Assembly: GCA_963809485.1 (NCBI GenBank)
Contig: CAWEJX010000020.1
Location: 1,184,001 to 1,248,000, forward strand
Direction of reading: 5' to 3'
DNA length: 64,000 nt
Source: an uncultured Acidobacteriota bacterium
GTDB lineage: Bacteria > Acidobacteriota > UBA6911
A model generated the notes under the pieces. The model saw only the letters and a program-made list of their open reading frames with translations. It made no database searches and had not been told where the DNA came from. Shown here piece by piece: positions 9,528 through 19,418 of this stretch (its first letter is position 1; every line of letters starts with the position of its first letter). Made by a program: the position numbers and the translations under genes.

Positions 9528-10754
9528 ATGACCGACGCCGTCAAGCCTCTCCTATCCCCTTACCGTTGGGTCGTCCTCATCGTCGCCATGCTGGCCGGAT
9601 TCATCGGAAGCTACGCGCAGTTCCAGCTCCCGCCCCTGGCCTATAAGCTTATGCCGGCACTGCACATCTCGACGTCGCGGTTTGCAGCTCTCATGGGGGG
9701 TCCGATGACCGGAGCCATCTTCGTCTGCATTCTGGGCGGCACTCTGGCCGACCGCTACGGCGTGAAGAAGATTGTCACGGTCGGCCTGATCCTGGCCGTG
9801 ATCGGATGCACGTTCCGCTACAATGCGACCTCGTTCTGGCCGTTTCTTTTCTTGTCGATTCTGGCCGGCATGGCCTCGGCTCTTCTGACCAGCAACCTGT
9901 CTAAGCTGTTCGGCGCCTGGTTTCCGCCGGAGCAGATGGGCACGATTATCGGCACATACACGATCAGCCCCATGCTCGGCACCTTTTTGGGGACGGCTAC
10001 AACCGCGCTTTTCCCCTCCGAAACCATCGCCTTTATCTTCTCGGGCATCGTCTGCCTGGCTATCCTTATTGTTTGGCTGGTCTTCGCGAAGAACAAACCC
10101 GAGGGCGCACCCGACCTGCCGACCCTGCCTGCGGCCAGGTATCTTGGCAAGGCCGCACGGAGCCGGAGCGTCTGGCTGGCCGGCATCGGCTGCTTTCTCG
10201 TCATGGGCGGCCCAATGGTCTTTTCCGACTTTCTGCCCAACGTGTTGCGTGATCTGCGAGGCATCAGCCCGGTGCAGGCAGGCTTCTACGGTTCTCTGGG
10301 CACCTTTGGGGGAATCTTCGGCTGCTTTCTGGGCCCGTTGATATGCAGCCGGATAGGAATCATGCGACCATTCATAATCATCATGGGGTTGCTGGGTGCT
10401 GCAGCCAGCTATTGGTCCTGGCAACTGCCGATCGGTCCGGCGATCGTAATAGGTATGACCCTGTCCGGTTTCCTGCAGAGCACGATTGCACCGTTGCTTA
10501 CGGCCGTCCCCATGCTGCTGCCTGAAATCGGCCCTGTTTATGCGGGCAGCGCCGGAGGCATCATATCGACCTTGATGGTGATGGGCGGTGTCCTGGTCCC
10601 GATCCTTATCGCCCCGCTTGCGGACTCGAGCGCCAAGATCCTTTTCGGCCTGGCCGCGGCCAGCTTCGCCTTTGTCATCCTGCCGGCCATATTCCTTCCT
10701 GAGCTGGGCACGAGGGCTCTGACAGCCAGGAAGGGCAAATCTTCCGCAAGGTGA
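9528..10754 (+). CDS. MFS transporter (CynX/NimT-like)
   Basis: About 12 hydrophobic segments; GTLADRYGVK motif A; RBS AAGGAGG. Confidence 0.9.
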   Translation: MTDAVKPLLSPYRWVVLIVAMLAGFIGSYAQFQLPPLAYKLMPALHISTSRFAALMGGPMTGAIFVCILGGTLADRYGVKKIVTVGLILAVIGCTFRYNATSFWPFLFLSILAGMASALLTSNLSKLFGAWFPPEQMGTIIGTYTISPMLGTFLGTATTALFPSETIAFIFSGIVCLAILIVWLVFAKNKPEGAPDLPTLPAARYLGKAARSRSVWLAGIGCFLVMGGPMVFSDFLPNVLRDLRGISPVQAGFYGSLGTFGGIFGCFLGPLICSRIGIMRPFIIIMGLLGAAASYWSWQLPIGPAIVIGMTLSGFLQSTIAPLLTAVPMLLPEIGPVYAGSAGGIISTLMVMGGVLVPILIAPLADSSAKILFGLAAASFAFVILPAIFLPELGTRALTARKGKSSAR

Positions 10755-10795
10755 TGCACGCTGATTTGCGAAGTCGGAGATTTCTGTACTGACTA

Positions 10796-11188
10796 TCAGG
10801 ACTCTGGATTTTGCCAATAAGGAGCCCGGGCGCGGATGACCCACCGTATGCCGCCGCGCGCGTCCTCGACATCGCCGGAGTATCTCGGGATAACGTGCAG
10901 ATGAGCGTGCGGGATCGTCTGCCCGCCCGCCTCGCCGATATTGACGCCGATGTTGTACCCGTCGGGCGTATGATCCTTTTCGATATTCTTCCGCACCGGA
11001 TCTACCAAAGCCCAAACGGCCGCCTGCTCCTCCTGAGTCAGGGCCAGGTAATCGGCAATATGCCTGCGCGGCACAATCAGTGTATGGCCAGGGTTTACAG
11101 GATAGTTATCGAATAGCGCAACAGCAAGGTCATTGCTGATAATGATCTCGGATCTGGCAATTCTGCTGCAAAAGGGGCAATCAGTCAT
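10796..11188 (-). CDS. HIT-family nucleotide hydrolase
   Basis: CPFC Zn motif, PGHTLIVPRRH, histidine triad HAHLHVIP. Confidence 0.92.
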   Translation of the reverse strand: MTDCPFCSRIARSEIIISNDLAVALFDNYPVNPGHTLIVPRRHIADYLALTQEEQAAVWALVDPVRKNIEKDHTPDGYNIGVNIGEAGGQTIPHAHLHVIPRYSGDVEDARGGIRWVIRARAPYWQNPES

Positions 11189-11249
11189 TTCAGCTTGCAT
11201 TCCGGGATTTACACCAATCATTTCATTGCGCCCGAGTCTGAGATTTAGG

Positions 11250-11543
11250 TTAATCCTGACTGGCAATTTCCATCGCTGCTGATTTTAGCCGCACGAAAAG
11301 CGACGCTGGCTTTATCACTCGAACTCCGGGACCGAAGCCCAATGGCATCTGGCACGGGAGATTCGTAACCGTCAGCGCAAGGATCCGGTCCACCGCAAAC
11401 ATGCGGACCTCGCGCCGCATGTGGCAATAGCCGATCAGGTACAGCGCACCGGCGGCATACCAGATGCGGTACGGGTCCACTTTTCGCCTCGAGGTCTTAT
11501 CCCGCGCCGCCGCATAATAGCGCATCTCCACCGTGCGCTTCTT
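11250..11543 (-). pseudogene. WYL-domain regulator remnant (WYL core joined to WCX C-terminus, HTH missing)
   Basis: KKRTVEMRYYAA...RKVDPYRIW...LYLIGYCHMRREVRMFAVDRI, then jumps to GFGPGVRVIKPASL..stop. Confidence 0.75.
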
Positions 11544-11640
11544 CGATGCTATTGCCTTGGCTGGCTGTTCCCACCTCCGGACATTCCGCTACGTACCAAA
11601 CTCCCTCTTTGTGAACAATTGCCGTAAATATTCTTTGCAT
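11536..11640 (-). pseudogene. HicB-family antitoxin N-terminal fragment
   Basis: Manual translation from ATG 11640 gives MQRIFTAIVHKEGVWYVAECPEVGTASQGNSIEEA, which then breaks into WYL sequence. Confidence 0.7.
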
Positions 11641-11840
11641 GTTCTAAACTATACACCGTATGTCAGAAAATCATCAATTCCCTCATCGAAACATAATTCC
11701 ATTTTCTTTCGAAAGATTGATGCCGGATGGCATATTGCCGCTGTAATGGCGTTGTGGGATTCTTACAATGCGTTGCTTCATGAGGGCCAAGAGGGCATTC
11801 TCAAAAGCGCAAAGACTCAAGGCTTTCGGGAGGAGTGGAT

Positions 11841-13310
11841 ATGCCGAAACATCTGCTGACCAAGACTGCGTTTGTTAGCGGGCTCAACTGCGAAAGGTAT
11901 CTCTGGGTCTACGTAAACGACCGGGAACGGCTGCCTGAACCTGATGAATCCACTCAGGCGTTGTTCGACCAGGGGCACGAGATCGGAGACCTGGCCAAAT
12001 CACTCTACCCCGATGGTATCGAGATCGACTGGGATTCCGGCCACGACGCCGGCATCGCCCAGACCAGGGAAGCAGTCCGCCGGCGAAAACCGATCTTCGA
12101 GGCGGGATTTCAGGACGGAATGACACACGCGCGCGCCGACATCCTCAACCCGGCCGCAGCCGGGAAATGGGACCTGATCGAGGTCAAGAGCTCCACCCAG
12201 GTCAAGGAAGAGCACCTCGACGACGTCGCATTCCAGAAGCACCTGTACGAAGCCGCGGGAATCCCCATCAGCCGCTGCTTCGTCATGCACGTGGACCGGA
12301 GCTACGTGCGAAGAGGAGAACCGGATGCGCGCAGACTCCTCGTGACCGAGGACGTAACCGCCAATATCGAGCCGCTGGCCGCCGGATTGCAGGACAAAAT
12401 AAGGAGACAGCTCGCGGTCATATCCCTGCCGGCTCCCCCCGACGCGGAGATCGGCAAGAAATGCGACGGCTGCGAGCTTCACGACGAATGCTGGTCGTTT
12501 CTGCCCGGGCGTCACGTCTTCCACCTGTATTATCCCGGCGGGAAACCTCGGGAACTGCTGGATCGGAATATCCTGGCTCTTAAGGACATCCCCGATGGCT
12601 ATCCCCTGTCGGTCAAACAGTCCATCCAGGTCGCATGCGAGAAGACCGGGGAGCCGTATGTCGAGCCTCTGGGAATCCGGGCGTTTCTCGCGCAGCTGAG
12701 ATACCCGCTATGTTTCCTCGACTTCGAAACCTTCATGACCGCCGTCCCGGCATACGACGAATTGAGTCCGTACGAACCGGTGCCGTTTCAATATTCGCTG
12801 CACGTGGTTACCTTCCCTGGACGTAAAGCGCAACACTACGCCTATCTTTCAGACGGGAAAACCGATCCCAGGCCCGAAGTCCTGGAAGGGCTGAAAAAGA
12901 ATCTCGGGCGCCTGGGATCGATTGTCGCGTACAACGCGTCGTTCGAAATCAACGTGTTAAGGTCCTGTGCGCGGCGCTTCCCTGCGTATCAAGCCTGGTA
13001 TGATTCCATCCAGCTGCGCTTCGTGGACCTGATCCGGCCATTCCGCGATTTTCACTACTACCACCCCGACCAGCTCGGCAGCGCTTCGCTGAAGGCCGTC
13101 CTGCCTGCCTTGACGGGAGTGGGTTACACGGGACTCGAAATCGCCGAGGGCGGCGAGGCAAGCCTCAGGTTCCGCGAAATGGCTTTCGGGAATGCGACGG
13201 AAGCAAGGAAGAAGGAAATCCGGGAAGCGCTGGAGACCTACTGCTGCCAGGACACCGAGGGGATGGTGCGCATCCTTGATGCACTGCGGCGGCTGAAAAA
13301 AAGGCGATGA
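11841..13310 (+). CDS. DUF2779-domain protein: PD-(D/E)xK/Cas4-like nuclease + DEDD-like exonuclease domain
   Basis: ARADIL...LIEVKSS...DVAFQ; N-terminal Cys plus CDGCELHDEC; CFLDFET, PFQYSLH, YNASFE, SLKAVLP, YCCQD. Confidence 0.85.
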   Translation: MPKHLLTKTAFVSGLNCERYLWVYVNDRERLPEPDESTQALFDQGHEIGDLAKSLYPDGIEIDWDSGHDAGIAQTREAVRRRKPIFEAGFQDGMTHARADILNPAAAGKWDLIEVKSSTQVKEEHLDDVAFQKHLYEAAGIPISRCFVMHVDRSYVRRGEPDARRLLVTEDVTANIEPLAAGLQDKIRRQLAVISLPAPPDAEIGKKCDGCELHDECWSFLPGRHVFHLYYPGGKPRELLDRNILALKDIPDGYPLSVKQSIQVACEKTGEPYVEPLGIRAFLAQLRYPLCFLDFETFMTAVPAYDELSPYEPVPFQYSLHVVTFPGRKAQHYAYLSDGKTDPRPEVLEGLKKNLGRLGSIVAYNASFEINVLRSCARRFPAYQAWYDSIQLRFVDLIRPFRDFHYYHPDQLGSASLKAVLPALTGVGYTGLEIAEGGEASLRFREMAFGNATEARKKEIREALETYCCQDTEGMVRILDALRRLKKRR

Positions 13311-13339
13311 ATTTTGCAGAGGAGACAAATACCAATAAG

Positions 13340-13362
13340 GGGACGGGTCTGCAGATCCGTCC
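13340..13362. repeat. REP-like palindrome GGACGGGTCT..AGA(C/T)CCGTCC family
   Basis: gggacgggtctgcagatccgtcc; related copies at 16406-16458, 18848-18925 and 19055-19106. Confidence 0.6.
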
Positions 13363-13463
13363 GCCGGCGGCCGCATTATCCAACGGACCGCCTTCGCAAC
13401 CGGAGATTATGCTAAGGAGGTTGCCGGGAAGCGCCGTAAAGAATACTAAGCACTGGAGAGGTC

Positions 13464-14150
13464 ATGGCGAAACAGGATGAAGAGTTCGACGGATTCATGA
13501 CCCGTGACGGGGAGCTGATTTCCATAAGAGACGCCAACAGGCTATCCGCGATCTTTCTCCGGACGACCGATGTCGACACCGCAGTTGCGACCCTTTGGCA
13601 ACTCGCGACCGAATGCCTCGGCTCCGGTTATTATGAGGCCGCCTGCAAATACATCGAGAAAATCCTGCCCCTGGTGGACACCCCGATCGAAAAAGCGGAG
13701 TGCTTCCTCAGGATGGGGACGGCACTGGAAAGCATGCGCGAATTTGCGGCGGCGGAGGAGATGTACTCGCAGGCTTTCGACCTGCCCCAGGAACCATCCT
13801 CGACGTGGTATTTCCTCAACAACAACCGCGCCTTCTGCCTGAACCAGGTCGGACTCCACGAGAAAGCCGAGACGTATTGCCGGGCAGCTATTGAGATCGA
13901 GCCCGAATGGCACAATGCGCACAAAAACCTGGGGGTCGCCCTCGCCCAGCTCGGCCGGCTGGAGGAAGCCGCGCAAACGCTGATCCGCGCGACCAAGCTG
14001 TGCCCCGAAGATCCGCGGGCGCTGTCCCACCTTGATGAACTGTTCGCAACCCACAGGGAAATCGCCGAACAGGTCCCGGATTTCCCCGCGCATCTGCACG
14101 CATGTCACGAACTGGTGCAGAATGCGCATGGCAACTCCTCCGTGCAGTAG
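13464..14150 (+). CDS. Tetratricopeptide repeat protein
   Basis: TPR patterns such as AHKNLGVALAQLGRLEEAAQTLIRA; RBS GGAGAGG. Confidence 0.85.
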   Translation: MAKQDEEFDGFMTRDGELISIRDANRLSAIFLRTTDVDTAVATLWQLATECLGSGYYEAACKYIEKILPLVDTPIEKAECFLRMGTALESMREFAAAEEMYSQAFDLPQEPSSTWYFLNNNRAFCLNQVGLHEKAETYCRAAIEIEPEWHNAHKNLGVALAQLGRLEEAAQTLIRATKLCPEDPRALSHLDELFATHREIAEQVPDFPAHLHACHELVQNAHGNSSVQ

Positions 14151-14217
14151 GCCCACCCCCACACCTCGAGCCACCGAGTCTCATGGACAGACCGCAGGGC
14201 CGCCCAAATAGGGTGCA

Positions 14218-14337
14218 GTCAGGTACCTCCGGCTTTGCCGGAGGCTTGAAAGATTTGAACCGCTCAAAGCGGTTGGACTAGTTACGCCGGTCTTGAACGC
14301 TGACTGACGCGGGCAAAAGCCGATGAGGCGCTTCCCA
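14218..14337. mobile_element. Truncated copy of the IS200/IS605-type palindromic element
   Basis: Matches the first ~120 bp of 6751-7146 and 36140-36539. Confidence 0.8.
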
Positions 14338-14422
14338 GACTGAAGCGTTCGAAACGAATCTCCGCATAGCATCGATCCAAGTCTGCGCAGACCGGCGCGG
14401 CGGCGGGCGGGGAAAGACCCTA

Positions 14423-14615
14423 ATGAGATCAGATGCCACGATGCAGGCTATCCTGGAAAACGCCCTGGAGGGGAAAGCGCCGGACAAGCGGCAATGCGCG
14501 CGCCTGCTGGAATGTGCACCGGAATCGCTTGAAGGCGCGATGATACGGGCGGCGGGCGATTACATCACCCGCAAGCGGTTCGGCAACCAGGCGATTTTGC
14601 TGGGGCAGATTGGCG
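14423..14615 (+). pseudogene. N-terminal fragment of a BioB/HydE-like radical SAM gene, truncated before CxxxCxxC
   Basis: MQAILENALEGKAPDKRQCARLL...AAGDYITRKRFGNQAILLGQIG resembles the pre-cluster helix region; the rest of the ORF is antisense to the next gene. Confidence 0.5.
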
Positions 14616-14632
14616 GTTGTCCCCTTCAAGCA

Positions 14633-15586
14633 TCACAAACGGTCTTTGATGTCCGGGCGCACGAAGCCTTCAGGGAAAGGCTCGACCTTGTGCCCGACAA
14701 TCGTGTATTCCTTGTCTTTCCTGGTGAAGGACTTTTCCAGTTCCATGTAGCCCTGCGGATCGAACAGCGGAGTTGCGCTGTACCCCATGATGCCGGTGGC
14801 CGAAGCGTGCGTGAACGTGTATGCGACGCTCTGATCCCGGAAATTCGCCCGCCCGTGCTCCAGCATTCCCTCCATCGCGGCCTTCAGCGTGTAATGCGTC
14901 GACGCGCATTTGAACCCGAGCTTCGTCAGCTGGTCCATGGTCACCGAAGGGATGCCGTAATCCGCGCGCACATCGGCGAATATCTTCCACCCCGGGACCT
15001 GTTCCGCCATGAATTTTGCCTGTTCAAAAGTGCCGGCTTTGACAACCATCGCCATGTCCGCCCCCATTTCCATCGACTCGCGCATGCGGGTGCAGCCCTC
15101 CTCAAACTCCTCCAGGTTGTCCGGATCCGCGTTGGTCCTGGCTATCAGCAGGCAGTCCGAGCCTTTCAGCGCCTCCACCGCAGCGAGGACCTTCGAATAA
15201 TACTGCTCCCGCGGCAGGATGCTCGTCGTGTTCTCCATGTCGCCGGCATCCTCCAGCTGAACGGCCGCCGCGCCCGCCGACGACAGCCTTTTGGCGGAGC
15301 GGTAAACCGCCAGTGGTCCTCCGAATCCGTCCTCAATGTCCGCAATCAGCGGGATGGAGGATGTCTGCGATATGCGGCTCACCATCCACTCCAGATCCGT
15401 CAAACCCGTAAACCCATAGTCGATGACACCGTTCATCGCGATGGACAATTCGCCGCCGCTCAACAGCATTACGGGAAATCCGCACATTTCAACCGCCCGC
15501 GCCGACGCGCAGTCGTACACGCACGGCACCAGGAAACACTTTTCGCTTTGCTCCAATATTTTGCGCAGCGTCGTTTTGCTGGACAT
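14633..15586 (-). CDS. Isocitrate lyase/PEP mutase family enzyme
   Basis: PCVYDCASAR, LLSGG, D-GF, IADIEDGFG, QLED, IARTNA. Confidence 0.88.
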   Translation of the reverse strand: MSSKTTLRKILEQSEKCFLVPCVYDCASARAVEMCGFPVMLLSGGELSIAMNGVIDYGFTGLTDLEWMVSRISQTSSIPLIADIEDGFGGPLAVYRSAKRLSSAGAAAVQLEDAGDMENTTSILPREQYYSKVLAAVEALKGSDCLLIARTNADPDNLEEFEEGCTRMRESMEMGADMAMVVKAGTFEQAKFMAEQVPGWKIFADVRADYGIPSVTMDQLTKLGFKCASTHYTLKAAMEGMLEHGRANFRDQSVAYTFTHASATGIMGYSATPLFDPQGYMELEKSFTRKDKEYTIVGHKVEPFPEGFVRPDIKDRL

Positions 15587-15611
15587 AACGGCGTCCCCTC
15601 CATGCTCCATA

Positions 15612-16298
15612 CTATTTTGAGAACTCTTCGATACCCTCAATGGCGTATGCCCGCACCGGGGAGGAATCCAGTCCCTTGATGGGGAGCGGCGAATAGGACA
15701 TAAAAAATATGTCCGCCCTCAGCCGGTCGAGATTTTTCAGCACTTCCAGGAACACGATGTTTCTGGCCATCAGCACGTCGTGGAACGCGCACACATCCGC
15801 GTTGCTGTTTTCAATCGACACGCCGTCCCCGAAGCCGACGCACTTCACTTCTTTTCCGGCAAACCATTCCGCGACTTCCCTGCCCACGAACAGCCTCTTG
15901 TCCTCAGCGGTGTTCGTTTTGGCTGTGAACGGAGTCAACGGATAGGGGGAATCGATGATGACGATGTCGTCCTTCCTGATTATTTCGCCGCATGTCCTCT
16001 CCATGTCTGCCGGCCGTATATGGCTGTTGGGCTCGAGGTGGTTTATTTTGGCGTAGATTGCCCTTCCCATGAAGCAGGTCAGGGGCATCGCCAACACATC
16101 GGGCCAGTCGTCGTTGTGATGATACGGGCATTCCACATGCGTTCCCAGATGACTCATCAAATCCATGTGCGTGTGGAAATCGGGAATCGGCCCTCCCGTA
16201 TTGAAGCGCATCAAACGGCACCGCCTGGTTTCCGTTTGCGGGTCCAGCGGTTTTGAGAGATCGATTATCCTCAGCTTCCCCATTGGATAAACGCTCAT
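15612..16298 (-). CDS. Cyclase/kynurenine formamidase family metallohydrolase
   Basis: IIDLS, HLGTHVECP, HDVL...FLEVL, PLPIKGLDSSPVRAYA. Confidence 0.88.
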   Translation of the reverse strand: MSVYPMGKLRIIDLSKPLDPQTETRRCRLMRFNTGGPIPDFHTHMDLMSHLGTHVECPYHHNDDWPDVLAMPLTCFMGRAIYAKINHLEPNSHIRPADMERTCGEIIRKDDIVIIDSPYPLTPFTAKTNTAEDKRLFVGREVAEWFAGKEVKCVGFGDGVSIENSNADVCAFHDVLMARNIVFLEVLKNLDRLRADIFFMSYSPLPIKGLDSSPVRAYAIEGIEEFSK

Positions 16299-16405
16299 GG
16301 CCGCCTCCCCCGATAGAACTTAATGCCGTATATTATCCGATATTGCCCTTCGAAACCCACAGCCGTGAAACAATTCCTATTTTCAGTGAACACCGCGGAT
16401 TTTTT

Positions 16406-16458
16406 AGGACGGGTCTCCCCTTGGTTTTCGTGAGGACGGGTCTCTCCAGACCCGTCCG
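16406..16458. repeat. REP-like palindromic doublet
   Basis: aggacgggtctcccc...aggacgggtctctccagacccgtcc. Confidence 0.6.
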
Positions 16459-16626
16459 ATCAAGCCATAACCAGTCATCCACCATCCGGACAGGTTTGGT
16501 GACTCGTTCTCACGAAAATCCGGGGGAAATAATCCTGGAAAGGCGGAAGACCTGCGCTTCGCTTTTGAATATATGGAATTTACGCGGGCGCCCCTCCGGC
16601 AGCTCCTGCGAAAGACGAACGACGCC

Positions 16627-17050
16627 TTACTCGCCGATGATCTTGATGAGGATGCGCTTTTTGCGCCGGCCGTCGAACTCGCCGTAGAAAATCTGCTCCC
16701 ACGGACCGAAGTCCAGCGCCCCGTTGGTGACGGCGACCACGACCTCGCGGCCCATCACCTGCCGCTTGTGATGTGCGTCGCCGTTCACCTCGCCCGTCCG
16801 GTTATGGTGATAGCGTTCGGGACTTGGGTCGAACGGGGCAAGCTGCTCCAGCCAGCGCGCATAATCTTCGTGCAATCCCGGCTCATCGTCGTTGATGAAG
16901 ACGCTGGCCGTGATGTGCATAGCATTTATCGAGGGCCAGACCTTCGCGGATCCCGCTCTCCCTGAGCGCCGCCTTGACCTGTGGCGTTATGTTAAGAAAG
17001 GCCATGCGGCTCGGGACGTTGACCTCGACCACCTTGCGATACGATTTCAT
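16627..17050 (-). CDS. yjbQ: YjbQ family protein (secondary thiamine-phosphate synthase-like); +1 frameshift near 16931
   Basis: [25 protein letters not shown]... joins [13 protein letters not shown]...GDAHHKR...[15 protein letters not shown] if one base is removed. Confidence 0.85.
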
Positions 17051-17100
17051 TGCTCGACCTGAAACGGAGAGGGGACAGTCACCAGCGTCCCCCCATTATT

Positions 17101-17313
17101 TTATGCCGCCGCAATGGCTTTTGCGGGGCACCACCATTCGTGGGAAACGCAGACTGCGCAATCGGTGCATTTTTCCGGATCGATTTTCACCGTATAGAGG
17201 TTCAGGCCATCATAGTCGGTAACCTTTTCGACAACAACGATGGCCCGCTCCGGGCACTCCTCGATGCAAACGCCGCATTTTAGACATGTCTTAGGATCTA
17301 TTTTATAGGCCAC
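17101..17313 (-). CDS. 2[4Fe-4S] ferredoxin
   Basis: CLKCGVCIEECP and CTDCAVC...CP; RBS AAGGAG before the GTG start. Confidence 0.9.
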   Translation of the reverse strand: MAYKIDPKTCLKCGVCIEECPERAIVVVEKVTDYDGLNLYTVKIDPEKCTDCAVCVSHEWWCPAKAIAAA

Positions 17314-17366
17314 AATGAACTCCTTTTGCGATATGAAATTTGTCGATTCCGATTTCCACAGCCCCG

Positions 17367-17948
17367 TTATAGCGTGTAGCCTTCATCCGGCCACATCCTG
17401 TCCCAGGGAGTCGCTTCGCGAAGCTCTTTGGGCAATAACTGGCGGAAGGATTTTTCCGTGTGCACGGGGCCCTGATTCACCTCGATGAAAATCCAGGGCC
17501 GCGTGGTTGACAGCGGTTTCCAGGGTGAGTGGATGAAATTCGGCGGAATCCATATGCAGGTGGACTTGCTGAAAACGTGCTTCTCCATCTCCGGGCCCAT
17601 GTACATCTGGACCTCCGCGCCCAGGTCCATCGGATCCTCCGGGTTGGTCCCGATATGGAACAGGAGTTCGGCATACTTGTGGATATGCGGGGGGTGTCCC
17701 GCCATCTCATGGTTCCATATTACTTCCGGGAGTCCGCCGAACTGCTCCTTCCATTGATCGCTTCCGCGCGTCACTCCGTGAAGAAAAAAGTTTGTGCCTG
17801 GCTCGAAAGGATATATCCAGTGGACCAGATAGAAATAGCTTCCTTTGGCCACCGCATCATCCATGCGCGAAATTACGGGCCTGCGCTCGGTCGGAATTTT
17901 GGGCGTGTTGACGCCATATTGTATAAAGTAGCTGTCATATTTACCCAT
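17367..17948 (-). CDS. Cupin-fold hypothetical protein
   Basis: PHIH...E and WIPPNFIHSP cupin metal motifs; RBS AAGGAG. Confidence 0.7.
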   Translation of the reverse strand: MGKYDSYFIQYGVNTPKIPTERRPVISRMDDAVAKGSYFYLVHWIYPFEPGTNFFLHGVTRGSDQWKEQFGGLPEVIWNHEMAGHPPHIHKYAELLFHIGTNPEDPMDLGAEVQMYMGPEMEKHVFSKSTCIWIPPNFIHSPWKPLSTTRPWIFIEVNQGPVHTEKSFRQLLPKELREATPWDRMWPDEGYTL

Positions 17949-18395
17949 TCTCTTTCTCCTTTATGACCTGAAAATCCCGTTTCAAACCGCGATTTCAACC
18001 TTTGTATCGCTTCCCTTCTTTACGGCCTCCTTTACAATGATTGCGACAGAAGAACAGGGCCTGCGTTTGTCGCCGGCGGCTGCAGTGCCGGCTCTTGAGC
18101 GGACGGCAAGAACGGACTGCGGGATATAAACTCTCATCCGATTCCCCTCAAGCTTCGGGCAATCCTGAAGCAAAGGAAACACAATCAGCCTGATGGGCCC
18201 CATTGTAAGCCGAAAATGCGGGATAGACATGGAATAAATTTCGATTCGCATCACAGGGCGAAGGTTCTTGACACCGTTCGCGTTCCTGTGATTAATAGGA
18301 ACCATAGATTTTCGCCTGAAGTTGATATAAGCCTTCGCACGAGCATTTTAGCTGTATTTTGACCGAGTGCTGCATTCCCGAAAGGAGTCCATGCA

Positions 18396-18821
18396 ATGGC
18401 AACAAGACTGACAAAACAGATGAAAGCGCCCTATGACGCCTTTAATGCGCACGATCTGGAGAAATTCCTGGCCCTTCACACGGACGATGTGGAGATCGAA
18501 GATGTACCCGGAGGCAGCAGCGCAAAAGGCATCGATAAAGGGCGGACCTACATTAACAGTTATTTCGAAGGCTTCAAAGACGTCAAGATGAAGCTTATTT
18601 CCTGCATTGCAAGCGGCAACCGGCAATGTGAAGAATTTATTGTCAGCGGCACGCATACGGGGACCTATTATGGTATTCCCGCCACTGGAAAGAAAATGAA
18701 TATTCGCGGGGTCCTAATTCGCCAGCTGAGGAGAGGCAAGACCTGCAGGGTTACCAACTATTACGACTTGGCCGCATTCATGCGCCAACTGGGTATTTCA
18801 GCTCCGCCTGCCCAAAAGTAG
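18396..18821 (+). CDS. SnoaL-like ester cyclase (NTF2 fold)
   Basis: AFNAHDLE, GTHTG...IPATGK, YYD motifs. Confidence 0.88.
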   Translation: MATRLTKQMKAPYDAFNAHDLEKFLALHTDDVEIEDVPGGSSAKGIDKGRTYINSYFEGFKDVKMKLISCIASGNRQCEEFIVSGTHTGTYYGIPATGKKMNIRGVLIRQLRRGKTCRVTNYYDLAAFMRQLGISAPPAQK

Positions 18822-18847
18822 CCGGGCGCTGGCCTCGGTCTTCAGTG

Positions 18848-19106
18848 AGGACGGGTCTCCCTTGATTTTCAGTGCAGACGGGTCTCCAGAGACTGTCTCA
18901 AAACTGCCATCGAGCATCTCACGACAGTCGTTTTGGGACCGACTCTGGGGGCCCGTCCATAAATTTTATCGCGGACGAACGCCAATAAACGCTGACTCAC
19001 GCTGTAAAATTTTAAATAAATACTATTTTCCCAGCAGTTAATGTTAATTGGGTAAGGACGGATCTCCAAAGACTTTCTCAAAACTGCCGACGAGGATCTC
19101 ATGACA
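18848..19106. repeat. REP-like remnants including a degenerate ~50-bp direct repeat (18876-18925 / 19056-19106)
   Basis: gacgggtctccagagactgtctcaaaactgccatcgagcatctcacgaca vs gacggatctccaaagactttctcaaaactgccgacgaggatctcatgaca. Confidence 0.6.
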
Positions 19107-19418
19107 CTCCTTCCAGCGTGCCGGCAGGTGATCCGTTGAAATGGGACGCTCACGAGAGACCTCTGGTGCGGGCATTCCCTGTCGTTTGCGGCTCAGACCT
19201 GTGCTACCGTAGTCTCATCCGGTGAAGCCGTCACTATCATTTTCTTACAGTTGCTATGAGTGTGAAAACCGGCATAATCATCGGCGATTATGTAAAAGCC
19301 GGGAGGTGTTGTTCAGGGTTTGCCGCAGCCCTGTTCCCCTGGACCGGCCATTGAACGGATTTGAGCGCCGGAAATATCCGGCGTTTTCAAAAGCATTGCT
19401 GCACGTGGAGGTGCAAGC

